Shown here: positions 21,851 to 33,635 of the stretch, in pieces
Position numbering within the stretch: position 1 is the first letter of the stretch
Layout: every line of letters starts with the position of its first letter
Source of the DNA: Octopus bimaculoides
Taxonomy: Eukaryota
Direction: 5' to 3'
DNA length: 64,000 nt
Assembly: GCF_001194135.2 (NCBI RefSeq)
Contig: NC_068982.1
Location: 113,602,112-113,666,111 of the forward strand
Position numbers and translations under genes: made by a program
Notes under the pieces: model-generated
Seen by the model: only the letters and a program-made list of their open reading frames with translations
What the model was told of the DNA's origin: nothing
The model's database searches: none

Positions 21851-23623
21851 ATGATATATAGCCATCACACACAAGCATATACGACCTGGTAGCATGCCCC
21901 ATGCTTTCATTATTGTTTAGGTATCTATATAGTTGCAAGAAAACAAAGACATCTTCTTGGCTCATCCACACTTGACCTGGCAGAGCACTGAGGTGAAAGG
22001 ATGGCATTAGTGCTAGGCTAGTTCTCATTTTCAATTAAGTTGGCTGGAGCAACATAAAATGGAGCTACTTGCTTAAGGGCACAACATTCCACCTGATCCA
22101 GAAATCCAACTCACAACCTTAAGATCATGTGCCCAATGCCCTAACCATGCTAAACCTTAAATGGAAAATGGATATTGCAACCTCTGTATCTCAAAATCTA
22201 TGTCTGTCTAATTCCATACAGAAATCTCGCTGAATTGAAGCCTGGAATTAATGTTCTTTTGTAAAAGTAGTGGCTAAATTGTTATGTAAAGCACTGCAGG
22301 CTATATAGACAACAGTCCTATGAAGCTTGTCAAGTCGAGCACTTCAATCAAATCCAGAGATCTTTAAATTCCATTTACCATTCTCACAATCATCTCTCCC
22401 TTAATCATAGAATCTCTTTACATGATAACACTGTCCCAAATGTAACTGACTCAGCTGCTTTGTGTGTATCTATACACATAGGCTTTCAGCATACAGCTCC
22501 ATATCTTCGATATTTACACCTTCAAATTTTTTTTTAAACCTAATAACAACATCACTTTCATTCTATTTGCACATTAATCATCACTAATTCTGTTTCAATT
22601 TATATATGTATCATACTCATTATTATGCAACCAAATTATCCTCATCCATGTCCCAATACTATGTACCATCTTCTCGATGCTCTTATGCGCTCAATATTCC
22701 ATAGCCAAATTCCTTCAACCATAAAAATGTTTTTATTTTAATTTTCTCAAGTAAATATTAAAACTTTCAAGTAAGTATTTTTTTATGAAAATAGTTTTGA
22801 AGATGTTTTAAAGGATTCTTGAAGAACTACATAATGAACACAATTTTTTCAAGGGTCTTTTTCTGAGGACCTGCTGTTTAAAACTGCATGAACATATTTT
22901 AGGCAGGGAATATCACTTGAGAATTGTTCCGAAGTTCCTGGAAAAGTCCTAATTTCAAAATTATTGGTTTTGCCATTACCACATTTAGCGCTTCCAGCAG
23001 CAGCACTGCTATTATTGCTATTATTATTATCATGGTTGACTATTATTACCATCACGCTCTGTTTATATTCATATTTATAATATCTATTTTTATTTCATAT
23101 TTTCTATTCTTATTTCCACTAACCCACACATCATTCCAATATCTTTAATAGATATTTTATTTGTTATTTATACTTTTTCATTATTTCCTGTTTTACTTTT
23201 TCGCATTCTTCATTTCATTTCTTCCATGTTTTATAGGTATATATCTATATATTACCTTATATTCCTACACACCTATCAGTTTATTATTAACATCAATCTT
23301 GCCTATCTATCTACATAGGCTCACATAGCTTCATGTATTTATACATATATTATTATTATTTTCCTTTTCACATTTTTTTTTTTTCATATATTTTTCATAT
23401 TCGCTGTTTTATTATCACACCCATGAACAATAGCATCAGTCTTAGAAATTCTCAGCATGCAGTTTCATTATTATTCCACATTCTTTGTTGCCAAACACAG
23501 CCAAGGTTAAAATTATGTTTCTGTATCTATATGTTCATCTCTTAAATTGATATTTTCTCACCAATTTATTTATTATGTAAACTTGACAATGTTAAATATT
23601 ATATATGAACAATTTTCAAATAC

Positions 23624-23687
23624 CTTGCAAACAGTCATCTGAGGATCAGGTTTGTGAAAATTTGGTGACAACTTGCAAAATACAACA
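23624..23687 (-). CDS. Speculative exon (VVFCKLSPNFHKPDPQMTVCK)
   Basis: Acceptor ttttattcag|, donor aag|gtattt, 64 nt open in one frame; no homolog recognised. Confidence 0.2.
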
Positions 23688-23789
23688 CTGAATAAAATCT
23701 ATTTTTCTTCTATTCTCTCTCTCTATATTACACACACATGTATCCAACCAAGAAGACCTGTACTCCACAGCAGAAGTGTTAAGGTCACT

Positions 23790-24048
23790 CCCCTAGGTGA
23801 AGAGGATTGTCCTGCAAGAAGCTTGTGCCAGTGCCACATAAAAAGCACTCATGCCAGTGCCACTTAAAAGTACTCATGCAGTTCCATGTATAAGCACCCA
23901 GCACACTCTGTAAAGTGGTTGGCATTTACAAAGGGCATCCAGCCGTAGAAACCATGTCAAATCAGACTAGCACCTGGTGCAGCCCCCTTGGTTGCCAGCT
24001 CTGGTCACACCGTCCAACCCATGCCAACATGGACAACAAACATTAAAC

Positions 24049-24085
<37 letters not shown>
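23790..24085 (+). mobile_element. Family D element with three tandem ~24-bp modules
   Basis: gccagtgccacataaaaagcactcat-type unit x3, then the D core and a long (GAT)n tail. Confidence 0.85.
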
Positions 24086-24393
24086 TAATTATTTATACTA
24101 CCAGCACATTATACAACATAAATATCAATAATCAATCAGGTGTAGCTGTGTGGTTAAGGAGATATGGTAAGAGGGAAGAGGCTGGGTTAGAGCAGGTCCT
24201 CATTGTAGAGGAGCCACATGGCTACTCACATTTAGGAGAAAGAGAGAGAGAATGAATTAGAGTTATCACCAAGCTTTAGGCAAAATTTGATGCAGATTCT
24301 CTACTCAACTTTCTCTGTCATTGCCAATGCAATGATCACATGCTACATACCTTACTTCCAAGCACTGCTGTAAACAGCGGAAATGAGCTAGAA

Positions 24394-24689
24394 CAGGGGT
24401 TTTCAAACTTTTTGACTTGCGGACCCCTTTATATTTCAGGCTTTACCTTAGAGACCCCCTTATAAACGCATATGAAATTTATACATAAATATTCACTTAA
24501 AATAGCATATATTTTTACATTTATTTATTTAACAGTATTTAACAAATAGGTTTATTTTCAATTAAAAGATTTTGATAAAAAACATATATAAAATCAAATT
24601 GCTCATAAAAAGTATTTGCTGTCCACGGACCCCCTGTCTTGTCCTTGCGGACCCCCTGTGGTCCGTGGACCACAGTTTGAAAACCCCTG
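24394..24689. mobile_element. hAT (Charlie/Buster-type) MITE, 296 bp
   Basis: TIR caggggttttcaaact / agtttgaaaacccctg; perfect 8-bp TSD AGCTAGAA at 24386-24393 and 24690-24697. Confidence 0.92.
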
Positions 24690-24972
24690 AGCTAGAATGT
24701 TAAAACTTAGTGTGTATGCACAGCAGTGTTCAAGGTCAATCTGTGCTTCAGCTTCGTTACTATAGCAACTGTTTGGATACTTATTGATCATACCACATAT
24801 ATTATGTGAATGGAGCAAGTGGAGTAAGTGGATAATGGAGTAGGGGGAGCAAGAACACACACGGAAAACGAAAGTGTTGCTGAAAAGGTCACAGATGTGT
24901 GATACAAGATTTATGGACAATGGACAGGCGTTAAAATAATAAAATAACTGTAATAAACTAGTGAAGAAAAAC

Positions 24973-25012
<40 letters not shown>

Positions 25013-25558
25013 CATGTGTTTATTTGGCAAAAAATAAAAAAATAAATAATAAATAAAATGACCATCCCAAAATACAACAATGTCTGTTTCAAAACACAAT
25101 TTCACATCAGGAATCTTGCAAAATGAATTATGCACATATATATATGTACATGTACATCTACGTGTGTGTATGTGTGCATGTGTTTACATACATGTATATG
25201 TAGGTATAAACACACCAATAAATACATATAATTTTTGCATATACCATTATGGGTACATATATATACACACATATATCACAAATAAATGCTAGCATTGATG
25301 CAGTGACATTTCTTCTCAATTAAGATTAATGGTAGAATCCATTTGAATAAATATTAGAATCTAAGAAATATAAATAACATTGACTAGTGTCTTAAAATAA
25401 GATGTCCCTTCTAATGGTAGAACACTGATCCAATTACATCTACAGTGAAATGAAATCCTGTCATGAATGTAAGGGCTATTTATTATACATACATACATCA
25501 TATATATATATATATATAACATTATATATATACATTTTACATTATGTATGTATGTATG

Positions 25559-25626
<68 letters not shown>

Positions 25627-25826
25627 CATATATGTATAGATATGTGTGTGTAAATGTGTATGTATAATACACTTATATAAAGAGAGTGGGAAAGAGAAAC
25701 AAAGAAATTAGCCAGAGAACAAGTCAAATGAATAGGTCATGTAAATGTACTTAAGGACACAAATCTTTCTTTGTGAGCTCTTATCCAATGTCTACATTTT
25801 TGGCACGTGTAATAAATATACGATGC

Positions 25827-25834
25827 CGTCGTCG

Positions 25835-25871
<37 letters not shown>

Positions 25872-26110
25872 TTAACGTTTGTTCTTTATGCTGGCATGGG
25901 TTGGACAGTTTGACAGGAGCTAACTAGCTGGAGCTCCATTTGTATTTTGGTATGATTTCTACATATAGATGCATTTTGTAACGCCAACCACTTTACAGGA
26001 TGTAGTGAGTGCTTTTAATGTGGCACTGGCCTGAGCACTTTTACATGGCCACAGCACAAGTGTTTTAAAAAGTGCTCCAGCTGGTGTCATGTTAAAAGCA
26101 TGCAGTATAT
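25827..26110 (-). mobile_element. Family D element
   Basis: (TCA)n tail, tttaacgtttgttctttatgctggcatgggttggac, acgccaaccactttacagg. Confidence 0.8.
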
Positions 26111-26244
26111 GCTGTAATGTGGTTGGCATTAGGAAGGGCATCCAACTGTAGGACGCATGCCAGACAGACAGGCTGGACAGACAGTCAGACAGACTGTAGG
26201 AAGCATGGCCAGGCAGTTCCCCAGCTGGCCATAGAATATATTTT

Positions 26245-26585
26245 TTTATCTTTTACCTGTTTTGGTCAATGGACTGTGGCCATGCTGGGGCACTGCCGTA
26301 AAGAGTTTAATTGAGTACATTAACCCCAGTACTTATTCTATCACTCTATTTTACCAAACCTCCAAGTTTCAGGAATGAAAGCAAACCTACAACAGTTATC
26401 AAGCAGTGGTGGGGGACAAACAGCATAAACAACACACACACACACACGATAGGCTTCTTTCAGTTTCCATCTACCAAATCCACTCATGAGACTTTAGTTG
26501 GTTTGGGATGCTGAGCAATGGGACTGAACCCTAGACCACATGTTTGGGAAGTAAGCTTCATACCCACTCAGTCACACCTGTACAT
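26245..26585 (-). mobile_element. SINE family A, CpG-decayed
   Basis: ttttacctgttttggtcaatggactgtggccatgctgg tail to gggactgaaccc...cacctgtac head. Confidence 0.75.
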
Positions 26586-26697
26586 CAGTTTCCATGAGTG
26601 TATGTATGTGTGCATGTATGTATGCATGTATGCATGTAAGTATATGTATGTGTGTAAATTGTAGGTATGTATGTGTGTACACATGTGAAAATATATA

Positions 26698-27555
26698 CAG
26701 CGGGTAGTGAATAAACTGTCACCTAAATTGCACAAAAATGAAAATAACACTAACATCTCATTTTAACAGACATATTTACCAAAATTACATTAGAATATCT
26801 TGAAATACTAAAGAGTAAATTTATTCAATAAAATCGCCATTGGCTTCAACCATGGCCTCGAGATGACTTCAGAATCTCCTACAACTTTTCTGGACAGTCT
26901 CCTTGTTTAATTTGGTGAATGCCACCATAATCCTTGCCTTCAATTCATCTTTGGTGTTACAAGTAGTTTTGTTGGTCTCTCACTCAACTGTGTCCCACAC
27001 ATAATAATCAAGGGGGTTACAGTCTGATAAGTTAGGTGGCCAGATGTTAGGGGTTGTGTGGTCGCATAAATTTTCTGACAGCATGCTTGTGTGACACGGT
27101 GCAGAGTTCTGTTGCCAGACATAGGGTCTTCCAGCAGCCACCCTCTTGACCCAGGGTAGCACTACTACCTCCAGGCGCTTGAGTCTGAGGCCATGTGGGA
27201 AGATGAATGGAGGCATAACATCATCATTACTAGTGATCACTCCAAACACAATGATGTTGACTGGATGCTTGATTTTTATAACTCTCGGTACTATCCTCAA
27301 ATTGACACTGTCCTCAGACTGACACCCAAACACTCTGAAATATTCGTATTGGAGCTTCCAGCATGAATGCCAAGCAGTACAGCATGTCGCTTCCAAATTT
27401 CTGGCAGAGTGAATTGCATCATGGTGCTGTTTTTCTCATAGGTGGTGCCTAACTGACCCTACTATATACTGGGTAGCCAACAAATTGAAAAGCAAATAAT
27501 GCACATGCGTGAAATTAAAATTATAAAATTGTGACAATATACTCATAACACCCTG
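26698..27555 (-). mobile_element. Tc1/mariner DD37D (maT-like) non-autonomous element
   Basis: TA|cagcgggtagtgaataaactgtcac ... gtgacaatatactcataacaccctg|TA; ORF 26980-27396 KHPVNIIVFGVITSNDDVMPPFIFPHG...QQNSAPCH...WPPNLSDCNPLDY. Confidence 0.85.
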
Positions 27556-28007
27556 TATATGAATATATATTGTGTGAGTTTATATAAATACAAACTTGTT
27601 ATCACTTCAAATATGTTTAAGACATATTCAGACCTATACGAGGGCCAGCCACTACATTTTGTCATGAAGACATATTCTTGCTGTAAATAAAAAGGTGTAA
27701 GCATCCCAGGTCAGTTCAGAGTGCCCTCTACCCAGATCAATGAATGCATGCATTTCAAAGTAATCTTCTTTTCAGCATCAGACACTGGAAAGAAAGGCAA
27801 ATCTGAACTGACTACAAGACTAAGTTTCTTTTATTTAGATTTCAGTCAAAATACTGTGACAGGTGGCACTAACCAGCTGCTCAGCTGTAATAAAATACAG
27901 ATTTGAAGCACTAAGCAGTGATTTATGTAAATATAGACTTGTTACCAGTTCAAATATGTTTGAGATACATTCAAACGTGTAAGAAGACCATTCACACACA
28001 CACACAT

Positions 28008-28038
<31 letters not shown>

Positions 28039-28269
28039 CATACACAGATTGAATGATTATAATGACAGTGCTTATATTTCATTTTCAATACAATCTAGAG
28101 ACAACTTAATTATTTTTCTTTATATGAATGCCAGTTTTCAAGCCGATGGCTATTCAGGTTCAAGCACTGCTGATAATGGAATCACAAACATTACACACAG
28201 CATTCTTGTTCAATGGCTGCCCACAAGTTGTTGACTATTGCCAGTTTTGTTCTGTAAACTTTATCAATT

Positions 28270-29260
28270 AAGTTTCACCATTAAAAAGGTTTAGTGATGT
28301 GAGGTCCACTGAATGCAAACGATATTCTACAGAATCATTTTGTCCAATCCACCAATTTGCTAAAAATCTCAAGCCCTTACATTACTATAGAAGTGTGTGG
28401 GAAGGTACAGATATCCCCATCTTGCTGGAAATAAACTCCACAACATCAAAGTCCTCTTGAATGCTTGGTATGACAGAATGTTGCAAAAAGTTCATATAAA
28501 TGGGATTAATTAAAGTGCCATAAAAAAGAATGTCCCTATTAATCCTTTTCTTGATAAGGTGAACCATATTGTAACTCCTGGTAAACTAGCATGAGGTTCC
28601 TTCATAATATGCAAATTCTTAGGTCTCCAGCAGGTGCAACTATGGTTAATAGGACCAATTAATTTAAATTGTAGCGTCATCACTCCAAACAATTTTTCTT
28701 GAAAATGCACATCTTCAACACATCTTGGCAAGTACTATTCATGAAAGTCCACTCTTCAGTCCAGATCATCTTCTTTGTGAGCATGTAACTTTTCAAATGA
28801 CAGTGCTTCAAAACGCAATGGATGTTTGATTTTGAAGTTCCTACTTCATGATTTACTTGCTGCAAACATTTCCTTGAACTCTAGCAATATGTTTCTAGTA
28901 CCCCTCCTTGCTTTGAAGGGCTCCTCAATGTCTACAGTATTCCAGAACATTTCTTGTAGACATTCTGAAAAGTTTCATCAGCTTCAAACTTAACTCTAAT
29001 TGAAGTGATGGTTAAGTCACATAAGTAGATCTGTTTGAAACTCTCTCTGAAACTGTCTTTGATCTTTGGCCGTGTTTTCATCCTTCCAGTAGCACTTTGA
29101 ATAAATTTCCTTTGTTCATAGCTTAATCTAAATCCTTTCATTATTTCTAAATGGTTAAATATAAAAAGGAAAAAGCATTGAGCTATCAGCTGTTAAAGAG
29201 TATATACAGTTTTGGGACATCCTGTGTGTATATTCACAAGTATAGTTTTGGGACACCCTG
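28270..29260 (-). mobile_element. Tc1/mariner transposase relic, DD41D (rosa/Visitor)-like
   Basis: Fragments RLSYEQRKFI, LTITSIRVKFEADETFQNV, LPGVTIWFTLSRKGLIGTFFF, FLQHSVIPSIQEDF, QQDG; terminal ttttgggacaccctg. Confidence 0.7.
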
Positions 29261-29814
29261 TGTGTATATTTACAAGATAGAGACAGACAGACAGATATGA
29301 AAGGTATTTTGAAAACACAACTATGTTTCAATTTAATCTATTGTATTAGGGTTTTCCATATCTGGTATTATAGACTTGTAACTTTCTTTGAGCAATTAAG
29401 TTCCCCAAGATTAATTTTTATTAACATTTCCAGGTACTCTCAGCTTAGCCTTCCATGCTGCCTACAGTTTGCAGCCATTGACCATGCAGAACCCACAACC
29501 AAAAGTCTATGTAGAGAAGAAAAGCTATGCAAGATCAGCACTTCCTCATGTTTGAGAGTAAGGCTGGGATGGTCTGAAAATGTTGTGGGAAAATTTATCA
29601 TTACAAGCAAATTTCAAATGTCTGTTTCTAACTACATTGCACATAATTAATTCAGTCTGATGAAGTGCCATGTTGATACATTCAGCCACACATATTGCAT
29701 AACTTATTACACAGAAATGTAGTTAGAACCAGAGTGGGGCAGAAACAACTGTAACTAATAATGAAATTGTGCAGCATTCATTCTTCAACTTTTTACTTGT
29801 ATTATATGCTACTT

Positions 29815-30215
29815 TGAGCAAAATGCTTAGCAGCATTTCATCCATCTTTACATCCTGAGTTCAAATTTCACCAGTGTCAGTTTTGCCTTTCATCCTTTCA
29901 GGGTCAATAAATTAAGTACCAGTCGAGCACTGGGGTTGATGTGATTGGCTAGTCCCCACCCCTGAAATTTCAGGCCTGCTGCCTATAGTAGAAAGGTGGT
30001 GAGCTGAGCAAGCAAAATTGTTACCATGCCAGACAAAATGCTTAGCGACATTTCTTCTGTACTTTTACATTCTTAGTTCAATTTCCACCAAGGTTGGCTT
30101 TGCCTCTCATCCTTCAAAGGTTGATAAAATAAGTATTAACTGAGCAATGGAGTCAATGGTATCAAATAGACCCTCCCCAAAAATTTCTGGCCTTGAGCCT
30201 ATAGTAGAAAGGATT
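29815..30215 (+). mobile_element. Head-to-tail dimer of SINE family B
   Basis: Two B cores; junction cctatagtagaAAGGtggtgagctg at ~29992-29995. Confidence 0.8.
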
Positions 30216-30337
30216 ATATGTTATTCTATGTAATACCTATACATTGCTTTTACCAGTGATGTACTAGGAGTTTCTGCATAGTGAACTTTGTAGTTTTCTC
30301 AAAGTTGCAATATGAGAGTGGAGATAGTATCACACTA

Positions 30338-30726
30338 TTGTTGTTGTTGTTGGCACTCCATCGCTTACGACGTCGAGGGTTCCAGTTGGTTCGATCAACG
30401 GAACAGCCTGCTTGTGAAATTAACGTGCAAGTGGCTGAGCACTCCATAGACACATGTACCCTTAACGTAGTTCTCGGGGATATTCAGCGTGACACAGTGT
30501 GACAAGGCTGACCCTTTGAATTATAGGCACAACAGAAACAGGAAGTAAGAGTGAGAGAAAGTTGTGGTGAAAGAGTAAAGCAGGGTTCGCCACCATCCCC
30601 TGCCGGAGCCTCGAGGAGCTGTAGGTGTTTTCGCTCAATAAACACTCACAACGCCCGGTCTGGGAATCGAAACTGTGATCCTATGACCACGAGTCTGCTG
30701 CCCTAACCACTGGGCCATTGCGCCTC
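30338..30726 (-). mobile_element. tRNA-derived SINE family C, full length, (CAA)n tail (Ceph-SINE-like, inferred)
   Basis: rc head gaggcgcaatggcccagtggttagggcagc...gtttcgattcccagacc (A/B boxes); tail gcgatggagtgccaacaacaacaa. Confidence 0.85.
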
Positions 30727-33635
30727 CACTATTAATCTAACTAAATTCCACAGAAAAATGTTTAGAAGAAATCAAAGTGACTAACAAAACAAATTGGAAT
30801 AAAGTTGCAAGAAATTAGATTAAATGAATTATGGAATACTTACACTAAATTGCTGGTAAAAGCTAATTGTTGATACTTTGTACCCCTATTTAAAAAATAA
30901 AAAGAAACAAGAATAATAATAAAAAGTAAAAGAATAATTTGGTATAAATCTATATCAAATTTCACTTATGGTATCATAAATATTGTTTGCTAAACATATA
31001 ATGATGGCTGGAACTGTATTTTTAAGATACAAAAGCCAGTTCAGTTGAATGCTACCTGAAAGTTCTATTAAACACGAAAGTAAAATAAATATATAACAGT
31101 ATTGTATGCATATGTTTTATACATACATATAACATGTAAATATTAGGCTAAAAAAACTCTTTGGGTAGAAATGTCAAAGGTTAGTTCCAGTTTTAAAAAC
31201 AAATCATTTCACATCACCTGAAGTTTCTGAATACTTATCGCACACATATACACAGAGTAGCATTCCGAGTAATAACATAATTTAGATGTGTATGTGGAAG
31301 AATATATGTGTGAATGATATAAAAGTTAAATAAGGATAATTAAAATAACAGTTATACCTATATCTCACAGATATGTATATAAATGCTAGGGAAAAATATT
31401 GCAAAGAAAAATATTTATAAACTAAAAGAAAAAGATAAATCAATAGAAATGAGTATGTATGCATAGACATATAAAGTGAGTGCTAGAGTATATTATATTT
31501 ATTCGTCTAAATCCAATTACTGTTTCTTTATCTTTTACATTAACACAGTCAGACACAGTGTCGACTGCTTGCAATTTGATTGGTTAACACAGACTATGAA
31601 GTACGATAATTTCATTTGATTAAATGGCAAAATTCTAGTAGTAAAATAACTTTTACTCATCTTGATAGCAGAAATAATTTTCGCTTGACTTGATAAAGTT
31701 TGCCTTGAGGATTCCTTGATCTTCTCTGTGTTATATGCTGTGTGCAAAGAAAGTTTCGCCTAAGGAGGCATGACAGACTATACTTGAGTTGTTAGAAGTT
31801 AGTATTTTGACTTGATTTTACATGCTGAGTTTCATATTACCTGGTGAGTCAGCTGTAGGCTGTGGGTTCAGTTATATTGAAGGATGAAACTACAAGTAAA
31901 AGAATATGCTTGAAGGTTTGAAAGCTTAAATTTATTTGCATGGTGACATAATGAGAAGTTTTCTTCCTTCCTATTTGAGATTCTGTTATTATCCATCATG
32001 AAGAATTTTCTAGTGTACTCTCCGGTCTATTAATCATTAAACTGGAATCCTTAACTAAGCCAAATGCTTGTGGTATGGGACATTCCAGATCTAAACTACA
32101 AACTCATAGCAACTCATCTTTACTGGAAGGATCATTTACTCCATCCTCATGCATCACAAAACTCCTCAAGTCTTTTATACTGTATACCCTTTCTTTCATA
32201 TCCCTTTCCACATTGCTTTCACAAGTCATAATCAACTCAACAATCAGGGCATATCTCACACACACACACACACATAGCCAACCCTGTATTAGGGCTGCTT
32301 CAGGTTCCAGGATTTCACATTTAGGAAAATTGTAAAGTATGGCCACTAATTTGAGACAGTCTCTCATTTTGCCATTACAGAAACTTGTACAAACTTTAAC
32401 AATCAAAACTACACTTTGTTCTTAGTACAATGGCTGCTTCTCTGTATTTTAGCTAAGTACAAAATATAATTAACAATTAAAAAAAACCCGTAATCACAAA
32501 TATATATATATATATATATATATAGATGTATATTGGAAAATGTGTGAAATCCTTGGTACAGTCAGACATATTTGAAAAAGGAAAATAATTTCATTGGTAG
32601 TCCTAATTAATTTAATTTTCTAATAATCTAATGTAATTTAATTTTACGGTTTGGTCTGTAGATCTAGTAAGTTTTTTGTGAACTTCAGTGGGGAGATATT
32701 TTAAAGATTCCTCGTTAACTTTTCTGGAGAGCATTTGGTGGCCATTCTGATCTTCAGATTGTGTTATGCTGTATGATTCTGTATATAAGAGATTTGGGTA
32801 TATCTGGGGTGGGGGTGAGATTTGTTAATAATAAATGTGAGAGTGGAGGAGTGTCCATGAATCAGAGCTGAAAGAAAATAGTGAATGGTAAAATCATAAT
32901 AATTGATTGCAGGTGGAGTTGGGAGGTGGTGGGGTGTTTAAGGAGTGTTTTATGAAGGGCTTGTGAAAGTGTCCTCCTGTTGGTTCCATTCTAATAGTTG
33001 ACCTTTGGTGGAAAATATAATGGTCAGATGTTTTTCAAATTCTCTTATGGCTGAATCAACTATCTTAATTTTATAGAGAAGATTCAGTAATTTTCTATGT
33101 TAAAGATGAGTTTAGGTGTGTGTGTCTGGGAGGAAGTGTTAATGAGGTGTAAGATATATGTCTTTTGATAAAAAAAAAGGGGACGATAGTAGAGAGAAGG
33201 AGAGAGAGACGGAGGGAGAAATAAAAACAAGGTTAGACTTGGAATGTTTGTTAATAGAAATGTATTTTTCATATTTACATTTTGGTTTTGGAGGGGAGGT
33301 GTGTGTGTGTGTTGGGGGAGAAGATCAGCTAGCTCACATTTTTACTTCCCTATATATCAACAAACAAAAAGTATATATATATACATATATATATACATAT
33401 ATACACACACATATACAAGCATACATATATATATATATATACACGCACGCACATATACATATGCCAGTTGCCGAAAAGATTATTACAGCATGTTAACAAA
33501 GCATAAGCTTGACGAATAAAATATAGTTCGTTGAAGATTTTAGGGATAATGCATATATCATTCAAGGCATCCCTATATTAACTCATCTCAATCCATTTCA
33601 TTGGCTTACTTGAGTTATTTCCTTAACCTCACTAA

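Noticed and set aside
22849-23148. Hydrophobic plus-strand tail (GPI-signal-like) and Asn/Ser-rich minus-strand ORF
   Set aside because: Both are explained by a (TTA/CTA)n tract; acceptor sites are weak.
29434-29557. Plus-strand exon candidate with good AG/GT borders
   Set aside because: An equally good acceptor exists on the opposite strand, two frames are plausible, and no linked exons were found.
30338-30726. tRNA-like heads as tRNA genes (also SINE A and B heads)
   Set aside because: They have A/B boxes but run directly into SINE bodies with no complete cloverleaf.
31841-31889. 49-nt minus-strand exon-like segment with strong splice sites
   Set aside because: Stops in all three frames; could be a UTR exon but cannot be supported without RNA data.
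32650-33130. Purine-rich tract suggestive of a Penelope or other retroelement remnant
   Set aside because: No RT or GIY-YIG motif could be read.
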